Origin: the human T2T-CHM13v2.0 reference genome, Homo sapiens
DNA: 64,000 nucleotides
Strand: one strand, 5' to 3'
Assembly: GCF_009914755.1 (NCBI RefSeq)
Contig: NC_060927.1
Under the pieces are notes generated by a model. The model worked only from the letters and a program-made list of their open reading frames with translations, did no database searches and was not told where the DNA came from. Of the stretch, positions 1 to 21,222 are shown one piece after another. The stretch's first letter is position 1; every line of letters begins with the position of its first letter. A program made the position numbers and the translations under genes.

Positions 1-240
1 AGTTACTAACAATCCAATTACACTCTTAGTTTTTTCTAAAATGTATAATTAGGTTATTATTGACTATAGTCACCCTACTGTGCTATTGAATAGTAGGTCT
101 TATTCATTCTTTTTTTTTTTTTTTTTTTGTAGCCATTAACGATCCCTACCTCCTCCACATCCCCTTATTACCCTTCCCAGCCTCTGGTAACTATTCTTCT
201 ACTGTCTATGTCCATGAGTTCAATTGTTTTGATTTTTAGT
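1..240 (-). mobile_element. L1MA-type (L1MA2-5-like) 3' UTR fragment
   Basis: aatccaattacactc...ttattattgactatagtcaccct...cccttcccagcctctggtaac are L1MA 3'-end motifs; cut by the window edge. Confidence 0.8.
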
Positions 241-696
241 TATTTGATGAGATAAATAGTAAATAATCATTTCAAATACGCTGAATTAAGTGATTTAAAA
301 CCAAATTGACAGTAGCCAAGAAATCCATATAAAAATGAAAATAGTTGTACACAGCAAATTTTCAGAAGAAGCCTATCATTATAGTAGTCTGTTGAAAGAG
401 GAGAGATACATAATCAAGCTATGGTTTAGATGAAATTAGCTAACTTTATTTTATGGCATGACTCCTAAAATCTCTGGATTTATTTTCTTTTCTTTTTTTA
501 TTATATTTTAATATCTAGGGTACATGTGCACAATGTGCAAGTTTGATACATAGGAATATCTATACCATGTTGGTTTGCTGCACCCATCAACTCATCATTT
601 ACATTAGGTATTTCTCCTAATGCTATCCCTCCCCCAGCCCCCCAGCCCCCGACAGGCCCCAGTGTGTGATGTTCCCCACCTTGTGTCCAAGTGATC

Positions 697-4450
<3,754 letters not shown>

Positions 4451-4513
4451 TATGATGTTAGCTGGTTATTTTGCCTGTTAATTGATGCAGTTTTTTCATA
4501 GCATCGATGGTCT

Positions 4514-5531
4514 TTACAATTTGGCATGCTTTTGCAGTGGCTGTTACTGGTTGTTTCTTTCCATGTTTAGTGCTTCCTTCAAGAGCTCTTGTAAGGCAGG
4601 GCTGGTGGTGACGAAATCTCTCAGCATTTCCTTGTCTGTAAAGGATTTTATTTCTCCTTTACTTATGAAGCTTAGTTTGGCTGGATATGAAACTCTGGGT
4701 TGAAAATTATTTTCTTTAAGAATGTTGAATGTTGGCCCCCACTCTCTTCGGGCTTGTAGGGTTTCTGCCAAGAGATCCGCTGTTAGTCCCTTTGTGGGTA
4801 ACTCGACCTTCTCTCTGGCTGCCCTTAACACTTTTTCCTTCATGTCAACATTGGTGAATCTGACAATTATGTGTCTTGTGGTTGCTCTTCTCAAGGAGTA
4901 TCTTTGTGGTGTTCTCTGTATTTCCCAAATTCGAGTGTTGGCCTGCCTTGCTAGGTTGGGGAAATTCTCCTGCATAATATCTTGAAGAGTATTTTCCAAC
5001 TTGGTTCAATTCTTCCCATCACTCTCAGGTACACCAATCAAACTTAGATTTGGTCTTTTCACATAGTTCCATATTTCTTGGAGGCTTTGTTCGTTTCTTT
5101 TTACTTTTTTCTCTAACTTTGTCTTCTCACTTTATTTCATTAATTTGGTTTTCAATCACCGTTATCCTTTCTTCCACTTGATTGAATTGGCTATTGAAGC
5201 CTGTGCGTGCGTCACAAAGTTCTCGTTCTTGTGCCGTGGTTTTCAGCTCCGTCAGGTCATTTAAGGTCTTCTCTATACTGTTTATTCTACTTAGCCATTG
5301 GTCTATTCTTTTTTCAAGGTTTTTAGCTTCCTTGTGATGGGTTCGAACATCCTCCTTTAGCTTGGTGAAGTTTGTTATTACCGACCTTCTGAAGCCTACT
5401 TCTGTCAACTCGTCAAACTCATTCTCCATCCAGCTTTGTTCCATTGCTGGCGAGGAGCTGCTATCCTTTGGAGGAGGAGAGGTGCTCTGATTTTTAGAAT
5501 TTTCAGCTTTTCTGCTCTAGTTTCTCCCCAT
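4514..5531 (-). pseudogene. Disrupted L1 ORF1
   Basis: ATGGGGAGAAACTAG has a stop at codon 5; fragments ENFPNLARQAN and LQARREWGPTF. Confidence 0.92.
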
Positions 5532-6095
5532 CTTTGTGGTTTTATCTACCTTTGGTCTTTGATGTTGGTAACCTACAGATGGGGTTTTTTGTTGATGTTG
5601 ATGCTACTCCTTTCTGTTTGTTAGTTTTCCTTCTAATGGTAAGGTCCCTCAGCTGTAGGTCTGTTGGAGTTTGCTGGAGTTCCACTCCAGACCCTATTTT
5701 CCTGGGTATCACCAGCGGAGGCTCCAGAACAGCAAATATTGCTGCCTGATCCTTCCTCTGGAAGCTTCATCCCAGAGGGGCAGCTGCCTATATGAGGTGT
5801 CTGTTGGCCCCTACTGGGAGATGTCTCCCACTTAGGCTACATGGGGGCCAGGGACCCACTTGAGGAGGCAGTCTGTCTGTTCTCAGAGCTCAAACGCTGT
5901 GCTGGGAGAACTACTGCCCTCTTCAGATCTGTTAGACAGGGTCTTTTAAGTCTGCAGAAGTTGTCTGCTGCCTTTTGTTCAGCTATGCCCTGCCCACAGA
6001 GGTGGAGTCTAGAGGCAGTAGGCCTTGTTGAGCTGTGGTGGGCTCCACCTAGTTCGAGTTCCCGGCTACTTTTTTTACCTACTCAAGCCTCAGCA

Positions 6096-6269
6096 ATGGC
6101 GGATGCCCCTCCCCAAGCCAGGCTGCCACCTCGCAGATCGATCTTAGACTGCTGTGCTAGCAGTGAGCAAGGCTCCATGGGTGTGGAGTCCCCTGAGCCA
6201 GGCACGGGAGAGAATCACCTTGTCTGCCAGTTGCTAAGACCTTGGGAAAAGCACAGTATTAGGGCATGA
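6096..6269 (+). other. L1 ORF0 homolog (57 aa) in the antisense-promoter region
   Basis: MADAPPQARLPPRRSILDCCASSEQGSMGV... resembles primate ORF0 (MAGAPPPASLPPCSLISDCCAS...); Kozak context GCAATGG. Confidence 0.75.
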
Positions 6270-7049
6270 GTGCCCTGTTTTTCCAGGTAGTCTGTCACAG
6301 CTTCCCTTGGCTAGGAAAGGGAAATCCCCCGACCCCTTGCGCTTCCCGGGTGAGGCGATGCCCTGCCGTGCTTTGGATCACCCTCCGTGGGCTGCATCCA
6401 CTGTCCAGCCAGTCCCATTGAGAAGAACCAGGTACCTCAGTTGGAAATGCAGAAATCACCCATCTTCTGCGTCGATCATGCTGGGAGCTGCAGACCGGAG
6501 CTATTCCTATTTGGCCATCTAGGAATGCCCCCCTGGATTTGTTTTCTTAAAAGTTGATTTCCTTGAAAAAATCAGTTTATATTTCTTTCCAGAAAACACT
6601 GCCTATGGTGTTAAGCACAGCAGTAGAATAATAAGGTATTGTCTCCACCTCAAGGAAGTGTTAAAATGTGTCCTTCTTTTAATGCCATTTTCTTTTAGAG
6701 AGAAGACCTATTTTAACAATACAAGAATAAAAGCAAAGTAGAACAAAATAACAGAAGGTATATAAGAAACCTTTATTTCAATTTACTGTGTTTTCACAAT
6801 GAAATAAATAGTACTCAAAAAGTTTCACAGACACATTGATTGCCAGGTTAATTTGGTATCTGCCAGGTTATTTCACTGAATGGTTGTCTTTCTATTTGTA
6901 ACGAACACAATTTTCTGGGGAGGTTCCTTTGAGACTACACAAATATTTTGTTTCTTCTCAGTTTATCCCAGGAATTTTAGCATATATTAGTAGATTTTGC
7001 CTGCCACAATTATTACTATGGATTATCATTGATACTTAACTTTTTGTCT

Positions 7050-7262
7050 TAACACTTACTGTGTGATATGACAAAGCTAAGAACTTTAAGTACATTATCC
7101 CATTTAATCCTTACAAAAACATGTTGAAATGAATACTATGATGGCCATTTTTTTAAAATGATGGATTTTACTTAGGGTAAATTTTCCAGGTTTGCACAGC
7201 TTGTAAGTGTCAGAGCTGATATTTGAGTGAAGACAATATGACTCCAGAGACTGTCCTTTTAA
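7050..7262 (-). mobile_element. MIR fragment
   Basis: catttaatccttaca...cacagcttgtaagtgtcagagctgatatttga...tgactccaga. Confidence 0.7.
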
Positions 7263-7324
7263 TAAGCATAATCTATAGACATCAAAAAAGACCTCAGAAC
7301 ATTTCTATGGGATTTTTTTTGGCC

Positions 7325-7758
7325 ACAAATATTCATAGCCTGATTTTAATTATGAGAAAACATTTGAAAAACTCAAATTGAGAGACACTGTAGAAAATAA
7401 CTGATGAGTACTCTTCAAAAGTATCAAAGTCATGAAAGAAAAGGAAAGAGCAAAATCACACATTGGAGGAGTGCAAAAAAAAGTAACAACTAGATGTTAT
7501 ATGGTATCTAAGACATGATTCTTGAGCAGAAAAGAACACATGGAAAAACATAGTAATAAAAAATAGTTAAAAAACCCATAAAATTTGAATAAATCTGCAG
7601 TGTAGTTGATAATATTGTACCAATATTAATTTGCTGGCTTTCGTAATTGTATATATGATGTTTACATTAGGAAAAGTTGACTGAGGGATATACACGAACT
7701 CTCTGCACTATTTTTGCAACATGTTAGTAATGACAAACTTAATTTAAAATAAAAAAAG
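7325..7758 (+). mobile_element. Old L1 (L1MC4/5-like) 3' end
   Basis: ctcttcaaaagtatcaaagtcatgaaag...gaactctctgcactatttttgcaac...A-rich tail. Confidence 0.7.
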
Positions 7759-10174
7759 CAAAACATAATTTAATAACTTATAAGTTGATTAGTGGTAAAG
7801 TTTTTACTGAAATTGATGTGTCTGTTTTTCTATTCCCCTATGGCATATTACATTTGGATCAAAGTGTATATTATCTGGTTTAGTAAACAAAGCAATAAGT
7901 AATTTGCTAGTATTAATTTTATATTATTTTGAAATACTGACAACCTTTTTAAACAAATGCTTTAATCTTAATATTTTAATGATACAAATTAATCCTAAAT
8001 AGAAAAGAATCTCAAAACAAGTAATGGATTGAATTTAATCAATCAATTGAATTGTACTTTAGAAACACTACCAGCCAAATCTATGTAATCAACAATAAAA
8101 CTCACATACAAATTTACATTAATTGTTTTCAATAAGAACGAGCCATTGACTATATCCTCTCAAGACAACAAGGCACTTTGGTATTAAAATATAATTTTTT
8201 TAAAAGTCACATTCAATCCATTATGACCTAGCAATCCTAACTTGCCACAACCAGATGGGAGAAATTGTGGGAAAATGTCCAATTCCATTAAATCTATATA
8301 AATCCGTGGATTAAGATGAAAGTATACATGGAAGAAAAGGCTTTTTAAAAGAAAAGTCTCTATGAGACATAGCCTGAGGCTTAGAATCTTCTACATTGAG
8401 GCTCCAATGACATCCAGGAAATAAAATCCTTCCGAAATAAGAGTCAGATGAATTAACAACAAAAAGTCCATTAGGACACGAATTTGGGCTCAAGTATGTT
8501 CAAAACTAATCTAGGCAATAAATATTTTTGAAACCTTTTATGAGCAAGGCATTCTTTTTTGCCTCAACACTGTCAATGATTCATTTCTGCAATCTTGCAC
8601 AATTAATTACCGTTGGCCCCTAATGCCAAAGATAAACCCTTCTATTAATAATATTAGTTCATTATTACTTTTATCATTTTATTATTTTATGAGTCTGATA
8701 AATTATTAATATGTAGAAACTTTTTAAGTTATTGGAAGGAAGGTATAAGTAATTTTTTAGTCGCTGTTCTAAGTAGAAAGAAGCCTTTTTGTTTGTTGGA
8801 AAAACAAAAGAAAGATAATATATGCACTACTTTTGAGCTTTGAGAAATAGCCTTTATCAGATAAGAGGGAAATCTGAAAATACTCTTCAGGATAGCAATT
8901 TGGAGGGAAGAATTTCCTCATAAGTTTCCTCTTATCAAATAATAAAATGACACAATAAATGAGATGCAAGTATATGGATTCTCTGCTCAGAATTCTTGCC
9001 GTTGTTCTGAAAGATTCTGTGTAAGTAAAAACTTGTAAGCTTACAAGTAGAAAACCTTTGTAAGCATTTTTAAAGCCTTCAAACTGTGATAGCACTTGTG
9101 AGTTCACAGGCAACACCTTTGTGTACTTTTGTTCCCCCAATAACGTTATTAAAACAGTAAATGAAAAGTTGCAAGAGCGGAAGAATGGTCCTAGAGGACA
9201 TAGAAAACATGGCCCTTGATAAAAAAAAAAATTATATATTTTTTAACTAAGAGGCTGATTTCACTCAGGATCTCTAGTGTTGTCACGTTTTTCTCTCTAA
9301 GAATGAATCTGATCATGTCAGAGTGAGGCAGAAACAAAACACAGAAATCTCTTGTGAAATTGTGTTTCAAGCCACATTAATTTTCCACTGTGAGGATACT
9401 GCTTTAGTAACAGCCAAAGTATACTTATGACTTCTGAAATAAAATAAATAGATCACCAAATCCAAGGAATATATATTTTTGTATATTTCAGTTCAACAGA
9501 TGACAGTTATTCATCCTGGACAGAGAAGCTGACCCCCTATGACTTCATAAAAACAGAATACGCTGAGTTCCCTTCGAGTTAAATGCTAGCCAACTTCACC
9601 AGTAGTTTATTTTCCTCTATTGCAGTAATACTTATCCTGTCCTACATTGTCACAGGAGATTTGGCATTCTACAAGGATCTCTTAACAAAACCCATTTAGT
9701 GGGAAAGCTGAATGTCAACATGCACAAACTTGTGAGAGAAATGACTGTTCCTAATAAGTTTCTGTTCTACAGGTGCAAGCAGCTATTCAGTGAGAACTAT
9801 GATAGCTCAGGTTGCTTGATACATTAGTGAGCTTTCTGGGTCTTGAATGCTGACCCAAGTTTCTGCATCAAAATTGAAATTCAAGTAGGAGATCTACAGG
9901 GAAATCACTCAAATAATTCACAAGGTGAATTTTTCAAAGGAATTTATTTTCTGGTTACAAGCTAACTTATAGCAATTTTTCTCATGATGGAAAGGCGATC
10001 TCTCATTAAAAGTGGACCCACCCATTCATTCGTTTTGTATTCTCTTCTTTCTTAACACATTTTCAATAAGATTTACCAATTTATTAATCCATATTGGCAA
10101 AAAGGAAAATATCTCTTTGTAAATTCCCAGTTTTAAAATCAGAGTCAGTAACCCAAATATCATGCCTTGGCACA

Positions 10175-10310
10175 GTCCTGGACAACAGAATGCAGCATAT
10201 TTGACCTTGTAAGAAATTCAGAATCTCAGGTCCCACTTCATACCTACTGAATCTGCATTTTAGTAAGATCCCTAGGTGATGTATTGTACATTAAATCTTG
10301 AAAAGCAGTA
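10175..10310. mobile_element. MER5A (hAT-Charlie) fragment
   Basis: agaaattcagaatctcaggtcccac...cctactgaatctgcattttagtaagatccctaggtgat. Confidence 0.75.
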
Positions 10311-11164
10311 TCTTGCTTTATTAGGTTGAAATAAGATGTCTGCTTTTCACTTTACAGTTGGTAATAATGATTGTCCTTTGATTCTAATTGAAAATTATTT
10401 ATTTATAAGATATATGTATATGTACATCTGTCCTACTGAGGCTTATAATTTAAGACAATACCAGGAAGACATATAAAAATTTAGGCTCCAACCAGATGTG
10501 TACCAATCTTACTTTAATCTTCAAAGGTATATAAATATGTAAAAAATTATCAGAGATTCACTTTTGTCTGAAATAAACCTTTCTATTGACGTGTTACATA
10601 GTCTCTTCTCTACAAATTGTAACATAGGCAAAATTACATCCTTTATGCTATCATTATAAGTGGTATAATAATAAATAAAACATGGATTCTAAATAACTAT
10701 TATTTGAATAAATTATTATGCTCAAGTATAACTCTCACTTCCTTAGATCACAAGGTGATGAAATGCCTTTTCCTGTAATTCCCCATTTAGTAGCATTATT
10801 ATGAACTCCTGGGCCTATCTTTCCCTGGTAGGGTCCTGGTTGTTCATGATTTCTCTTGGAAGGTGATTATCTTTTACCTCTTCCATCGTATGTAGCACTC
10901 TATATTCACACTGTAATATATGAAGATGCAGTTGCTACTGTCTTTGCTACTCTTACCAATCAAAAATAAACAAGTATAGTTACTGAGGTTAGACACGGTT
11001 TCATCTCTTTTTACACTAACCCATGTATTGCTCATATTCAAGAGGCAAAGGCTGTTCTTCTTAGCAGGCTGATACACTTTGATTCGTCTCCCAAATGAAC
11101 TACAACACTTTAGTGTTCTAAATGTCTCTCAACGAATTCAAGAATTTGAAACACTCAGCAAAAA

Positions 11165-11870
11165 CATTCAGTCAACAATATGTATATAATAAATACCTAT
11201 CATTTCTAGAATTGTGTTTAGGTCAGTTTTGGAATATGATATGAGCAAGAAAAGAGTTTCTACTTTCAGAGAGAAAAACAACAAGCATATAAAAGTGACA
11301 AGCTGCTGGAAGATGGCAATTAAAAATCAGAAGGAAATATATAAACAAACAGATATGATGAAAGAAACTGAGAGTGGGAGGCTATTTCAGGCTGGAGTGA
11401 TGATCAAAGTTTCCTAGAGACGATGGTGATGCTTGAAGTCAGACTTGAAGGATAAGAATAGTCTAGCTAGTGAAAATTTCTAAAGGAGATTTAAAACATA
11501 GCTGTGATATAGATCATGCATAATCTTAAAGGCCATAGAATATGTTTACTAAAGCACCATGTGGGCCAAAAGGTTTAAAGGGGAAAGGGATATAACCTAA
11601 TTTTTTTTTTTTAGAATCTGTTTCCTGCAGAGCAATCAGACCGATTATTTTAGAAGGAGGCAAGAAGACTAGTGAAGGAGATACTGTAGTATTACAGTTA
11701 AGAGGTGATGGGGTTTGGATGAAGATAATGCCAGTGGGAATGGAGAAACACAAACAGAATTTTATATGGACTATAGATATAGAAATTAGGAAACTTAATG
11801 TAGGGGAGGACAAGAAAGAAAGGGAGAAATAAGAAATGGCACACAGGTTTTTAACTTGAGCAACTATATG
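11165..11870 (-). mobile_element. L2 fragments
   Basis: cattcagtcaaca tail, agacttgaaggataag, agaggtgatggggtttggat and other L2-like motifs. Confidence 0.65.
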
Positions 11871-13344
11871 ATTTGTTTTGTAACTTAGTCAACGAGCTCA
11901 AAGTAAAAATGGATGAATAAATAAATAAATATAATTATTAATGAAAATGTTAATAAATTTATGAAAGTTTCTCTATACCTAAGAATTAGGGTATATGAAT
12001 AATGCCTTCACATCACAGAGCCCCACTCAATATTATTATTTTTCTTAAATTCTACCAAGATGAAACCTTGATTCTTTCCAGCTTCTGGATGAGTTACCTC
12101 AACCCCCACATCCACACTACCCTCTGAAGCATACACCAAGAGGTTAGCAATATCCTTGTCCTCTTCCTTCATTAATTAATTCCGATATCCTAGCATTTAT
12201 TCTCCAGGTAGTCACAACTAGTTCCGATAGCGCTGAAGGTAGATATGCTGAGACATTTTCTAGGACACTTATTTCACAAGATACTACCTGAAAAGTTACT
12301 TTAAAATATATGAGAAATGTCTCCCAAACTCAAAACAGCAACACATTTTTGGTTCTATGAGCACACACAGAGGTACGATACTGTCAATCCCTTCCATCTC
12401 TCATGCTGAGTGCCCCATATATACTGAAGTGTATTGGTTTCAGATGAAAGGAAAAGCCGTGTGCCGATGACCTGTGGTCTGTAAATAGAATACAAAGGCT
12501 TAGTCTTTCCTTGCAGAGAACTTGTGGGAGAAGTGTTGTGGAAAAGCAGTGTGAGATTATGTGAATTATGGCTTTTGAGACACCAAAAAAAAAAAAAAAA
12601 GTGTCACAATGCTTTTCTCTAAGTACAGGTGTATTTGGCTATCTTTAACTCCTATGATCTTTTAGCCTAGTAATTGTTCCATCTATTTTTGCATATTTGA
12701 TATTAAAGATTGTTTTATCAATTATACTAACAGTTCTTAAAGTTGAACCCATATAGACAACCATATGATGTATAATTAACTAATGATAATTTACTTCAGA
12801 GGATGATTTAATTACTCTTTGATTAGGACATAGATAAATCAGCCATGGAGTTGTCAGAGATTGGAATCAATGACTTAATTTAAACAAAACCAAAATATAC
12901 TACCTGATACTTATGGTTCCTGGTATATATGTGACCTTCCTAACTCTCTTTTACAATTTGTTTGATTTCCTTATGCTTATTATTTCTTGAAGAAATAATA
13001 AGATCCTGGCAGATTTCTGCCTCAGAGGGAAGGAGCCTATCTAGGGATTTCCCACACAGAATGAGCCGTGATTTATTCCTGAGTTTCTTTTGGTCTATGG
13101 ATTTAAAAAAAAAGTTTCAGAAACCTGAAGCCTGGTTCTAGATCTACTAGAGATTCATCATAGCTAAGAATTGTATTTCCAAACTTTATAATTTAAAACT
13201 GTAACTATCATAGAATATTATTTAATAAGTTATCATTAGTAATTTTTATTCTAAGTAACAGATATAAGATACATGTCTTACCTGAAGCATATTTACATGG
13301 AGACTCAAGAATCTGTTAGACTGTTAGAAAATACACTGTAAGAG

Positions 13345-17870
<4,526 letters not shown>

Positions 17871-18364
17871 ATACATTGTAAGAGAAGAGAAAAATATGAC
17901 CCATATAGAATCTTAGTTTTTAATGTGGCAGTGGTCACCCAGATTTGTTGCCAAGCCCAAATATCTATGAGCTTATGTTTACCCTTAATTGTTTGAAGAA
18001 AAGTTTTGCTAAAAGAAAACTTCTATGGCAATATTAAGGCACGAGTGACACTGTTTGGGTGTCAATTTGGAAAAATAAAATGATAAAATGAAGAGGAACA
18101 TTTCTTTGTCACAGGTCAAACACACCTGATTTTTATCACCTGGAGGGTTTCAAAAGTGCATCACTCTCTGACACCTGGAGGTTCCAAGCCTCAATTATCT
18201 GGCAGCAGTAATGCCTGGAAGAGGAGGTCCCAGGAGTGCTAAACAGGAACAGCAGCAAGGGAGGCCTTGTTGGGAATGGAAATACCTAGGTCAAGTGGAT
18301 TATGACCAAATTCTTTCTAGTGATAATGATAGGAGAGTGATGAAGTGAGATGAATGAATTTTGA

Positions 18365-18575
18365 CAAGTATGTAACCCAGGTTTCAATTCTATTTATGCA
18401 CTTATTACATACACTTATATAAGTACATGTAACTTGGTTGAATTATCTTTTCACAATTCAATTTTTTTCAATCCATGAAATAGGAACTATACTGTATACT
18501 CCATATATTTGTTATATAAATCAAATTACACAATGAATATTAAAAAAACCAGAATAGTGCCTTGGCAGTTGAATG
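18365..18575 (+). mobile_element. MIR fragment
   Basis: cccaggtttcaattc...tgtaacttgg...agaatagtgccttggca; weak MIR similarity. Confidence 0.55.
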
Positions 18576-21167
18576 AGTGAAAAAGAAAGCAGTTCCCCTC
18601 TCTCCTTCCCTTCTTCTCTGTGTAACTTAGAACCAGAGACAAGAAACGTAAGGCAAGAGAATTTATATTTAAAAAATGAACAAGAGAACAAGCTTTACAT
18701 GAAAAAAAAGGGGAAGAGAGATGATCGAGAAATGAAAATGAACACACATTATGCTTTCCATAAATAAATTCAGGGGCAAAAAGAGTTAGAGAAGAGGTTA
18801 ATTGTTTGTGGAGAAAAACAATTTAAATAAGAAAAAATTGCTAAACATAGAAAGGCAATAAAATAATTATTGTGAGAAATTACAATGTACTAAAAAAATC
18901 TTGTTTATTATTTTGCTGTGGACATTTAGAAACAATGCATAGGATACTGTCAAGGGAGTTGTATTAAGTCATTTGGCAATTATGTTTTCTTCTCTTTTTT
19001 GAGTAAGTCCTCCCTGAGTCTAACATGCATAAGATATTCACCAAAGTTAGACACTGCCTCAGACACTGTCTGTAAAAAAAAAAAATCAGAAGTTTATCTA
19101 AAAAATAAAAAGAATAAATGAACATTTATGGCAATTGAAGCCAATCCAAGAAATGACAAGTTATGTATTCCACAAGATTTATAGTGAAGAGTTCTAATTC
19201 ATATTTTAGAACCCACATAGAAATATGCACACACAGACACACATTTACACACACAATTCCTGGTGTATCCCAGAGTCATGAATTGATGTAGCACATTGAA
19301 ATAATGGCAAATTTATCCAAATGGCAGAAATAGACATTAACATTTACATGAAATTCTTATAATTCTTCAAATTACAGATTAGGTTAATTCAGACACTTTA
19401 TTCCTCCTCGATTGTGGCTTAGCCGCAAAAGTATCAGTATAGATGTTTAAAAACACATTTTTTGAAAGGTCATTGATGACTCATAAGTAAATGTAAGTGT
19501 TTTTCTCCTTTTGACGCATCTCATGTGGTGTAAAATTTCTTTTAATCTTTACCTAAAACTCAATTTTTTAATATATTACATATTTGAACTTTAAAAAAAT
19601 ACCAATAGTGTAAAGTTAAAGATAAGTAATGGGCCAGTATAAGTCAAGTTCTACTTTCCTTTTTATTAATAATTATACATTGAATACTTAATTATATTTT
19701 ATGTTCAATCATACACATCTATATGCAATGATTAAGCTAAAAAGCTGGTTAAAAATGAATAGTGATGCAATTAGAGTACTTCCCATTAGACCAGTCATCT
19801 AAGAATATGCAAATATGTGGAGGTATTATGATAGAGTGGGATTTAACAGATAAATTTTGCTTCTTTATACCTGTCAGTGATGAAGATGCGTATTATTTCT
19901 CTCCTTTGACCCAATTGTTAGCAGAACATGGAACACAATAGTGTTTTGCAGTGAGTATTGGGCCAGAGACAATAATGTTTCTTTAAAAATCTTAAAGAAA
20001 ATTAGAAATTAGAAAAAGAAAGGACATACAAGCAGTCATCTTTCAGTTTTGCTCTTAGCACAAAGGCTGTTTTGAAACCCAGAAAACATATTTTTTTTCT
20101 TAAATTGAGGATGAATATTTCCACTGTTACTTCAAAGTACCCAGTAACATGGAAGCTTTACAGAAACAAGGCAAAAACTAATTTTCATTTAATTTATTTC
20201 AGAGGAAACAGTGCTATATTTGTTTCTGAAATGTATTTGAATGTCTATCTGTAGCCTCACTTCCTGAGCAATGCTAAAATGGAACCATTTTCTATTGGTG
20301 GCTGCAGTTACTTCTGGGGTCAGAAGAGTTAAATTCTATGCTGCTAATAGCGTAAATAAATGAAGCAGCACAGGACCTATCTCAGGTTGTAATGTTATTT
20401 TGGTACTTCTGCCAACTTGACCAACACTGGGAAAACAAAAAGAAAGAGGACTTTTTTGAAGAGGCACGTCCTGTTGAGCAACAGTGCCGCCCCAATGTTG
20501 TTTTCCTGCCTTCTTTGTTCTGTTCACCTTGAACAATTATTGCCAGGCACCCCAGTGTTCACCCACTGTTGAAAGTTGCCACTTTTGAAAAGAATGCAGA
20601 GTCAGAAAGTTTAGAGGGTTTCCTGAGTTTATGGCTGAATTCCAATATTGCTTTGGCTTCTCTGTTGCTGTAGTTCCCTATGAGGATATTTACTACCAGA
20701 ATAGCAAATGCATTTAAGTCATTTAGGAAGATTTTTTTTTAAAGGGATTTTAACTGGAGTGGATGAGAAAAAAACAACATATCTAGCAATAAACTTAGTA
20801 CGGAACTGGAGTGGGGATAAAAGTAAAACCAAAAACATTGCTTTATGCATTGAGGTCAAATAGTTCTCTTTCTGTCAGGTGTGTCCTTGCTTTCCACCTT
20901 GTTGAGAAAATTCAAGACATGGTATGCCCACTGCACATCTACCCTCCTACCAGCATCTGTACCTACACACTCTGGCTTCCCTTCTGTTATCAACTGTAAA
21001 TATTATTCTAGATAAATTTTCCACTTAGATATTCTCTTATACTGAATGATGTTGACCATGGATTCCTCTGTCTTATTTAAGGATGTCACTCCAACAGTTA
21101 TCCATTCCATTGTGTTGGAAACCGCTTCTGACACAAAAATTTGTATATAAACAGAGAAGATTAGTTT

Positions 21168-21222
21168 AGTGTGTGTATATATCTATAAATATATCTATAT
21201 CTATATCTGTATAGATATATAG
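21168..21222. repeat. (TG)/(TA)/(TATC) low-complexity microsatellite
   Basis: gtgtgtgtatatatctataaatatatctatatctatatc. Confidence 0.7.

Noticed and set aside
627-660. G-quadruplex-like G runs on the - strand
   Set aside because: Standard L1PA 3'UTR polypurine tract.
8769-9140. 123-aa minus-strand ORF in unique DNA
   Set aside because: Non-ATG start, AT-driven composition, no recognisable domain or convincing splice boundaries.
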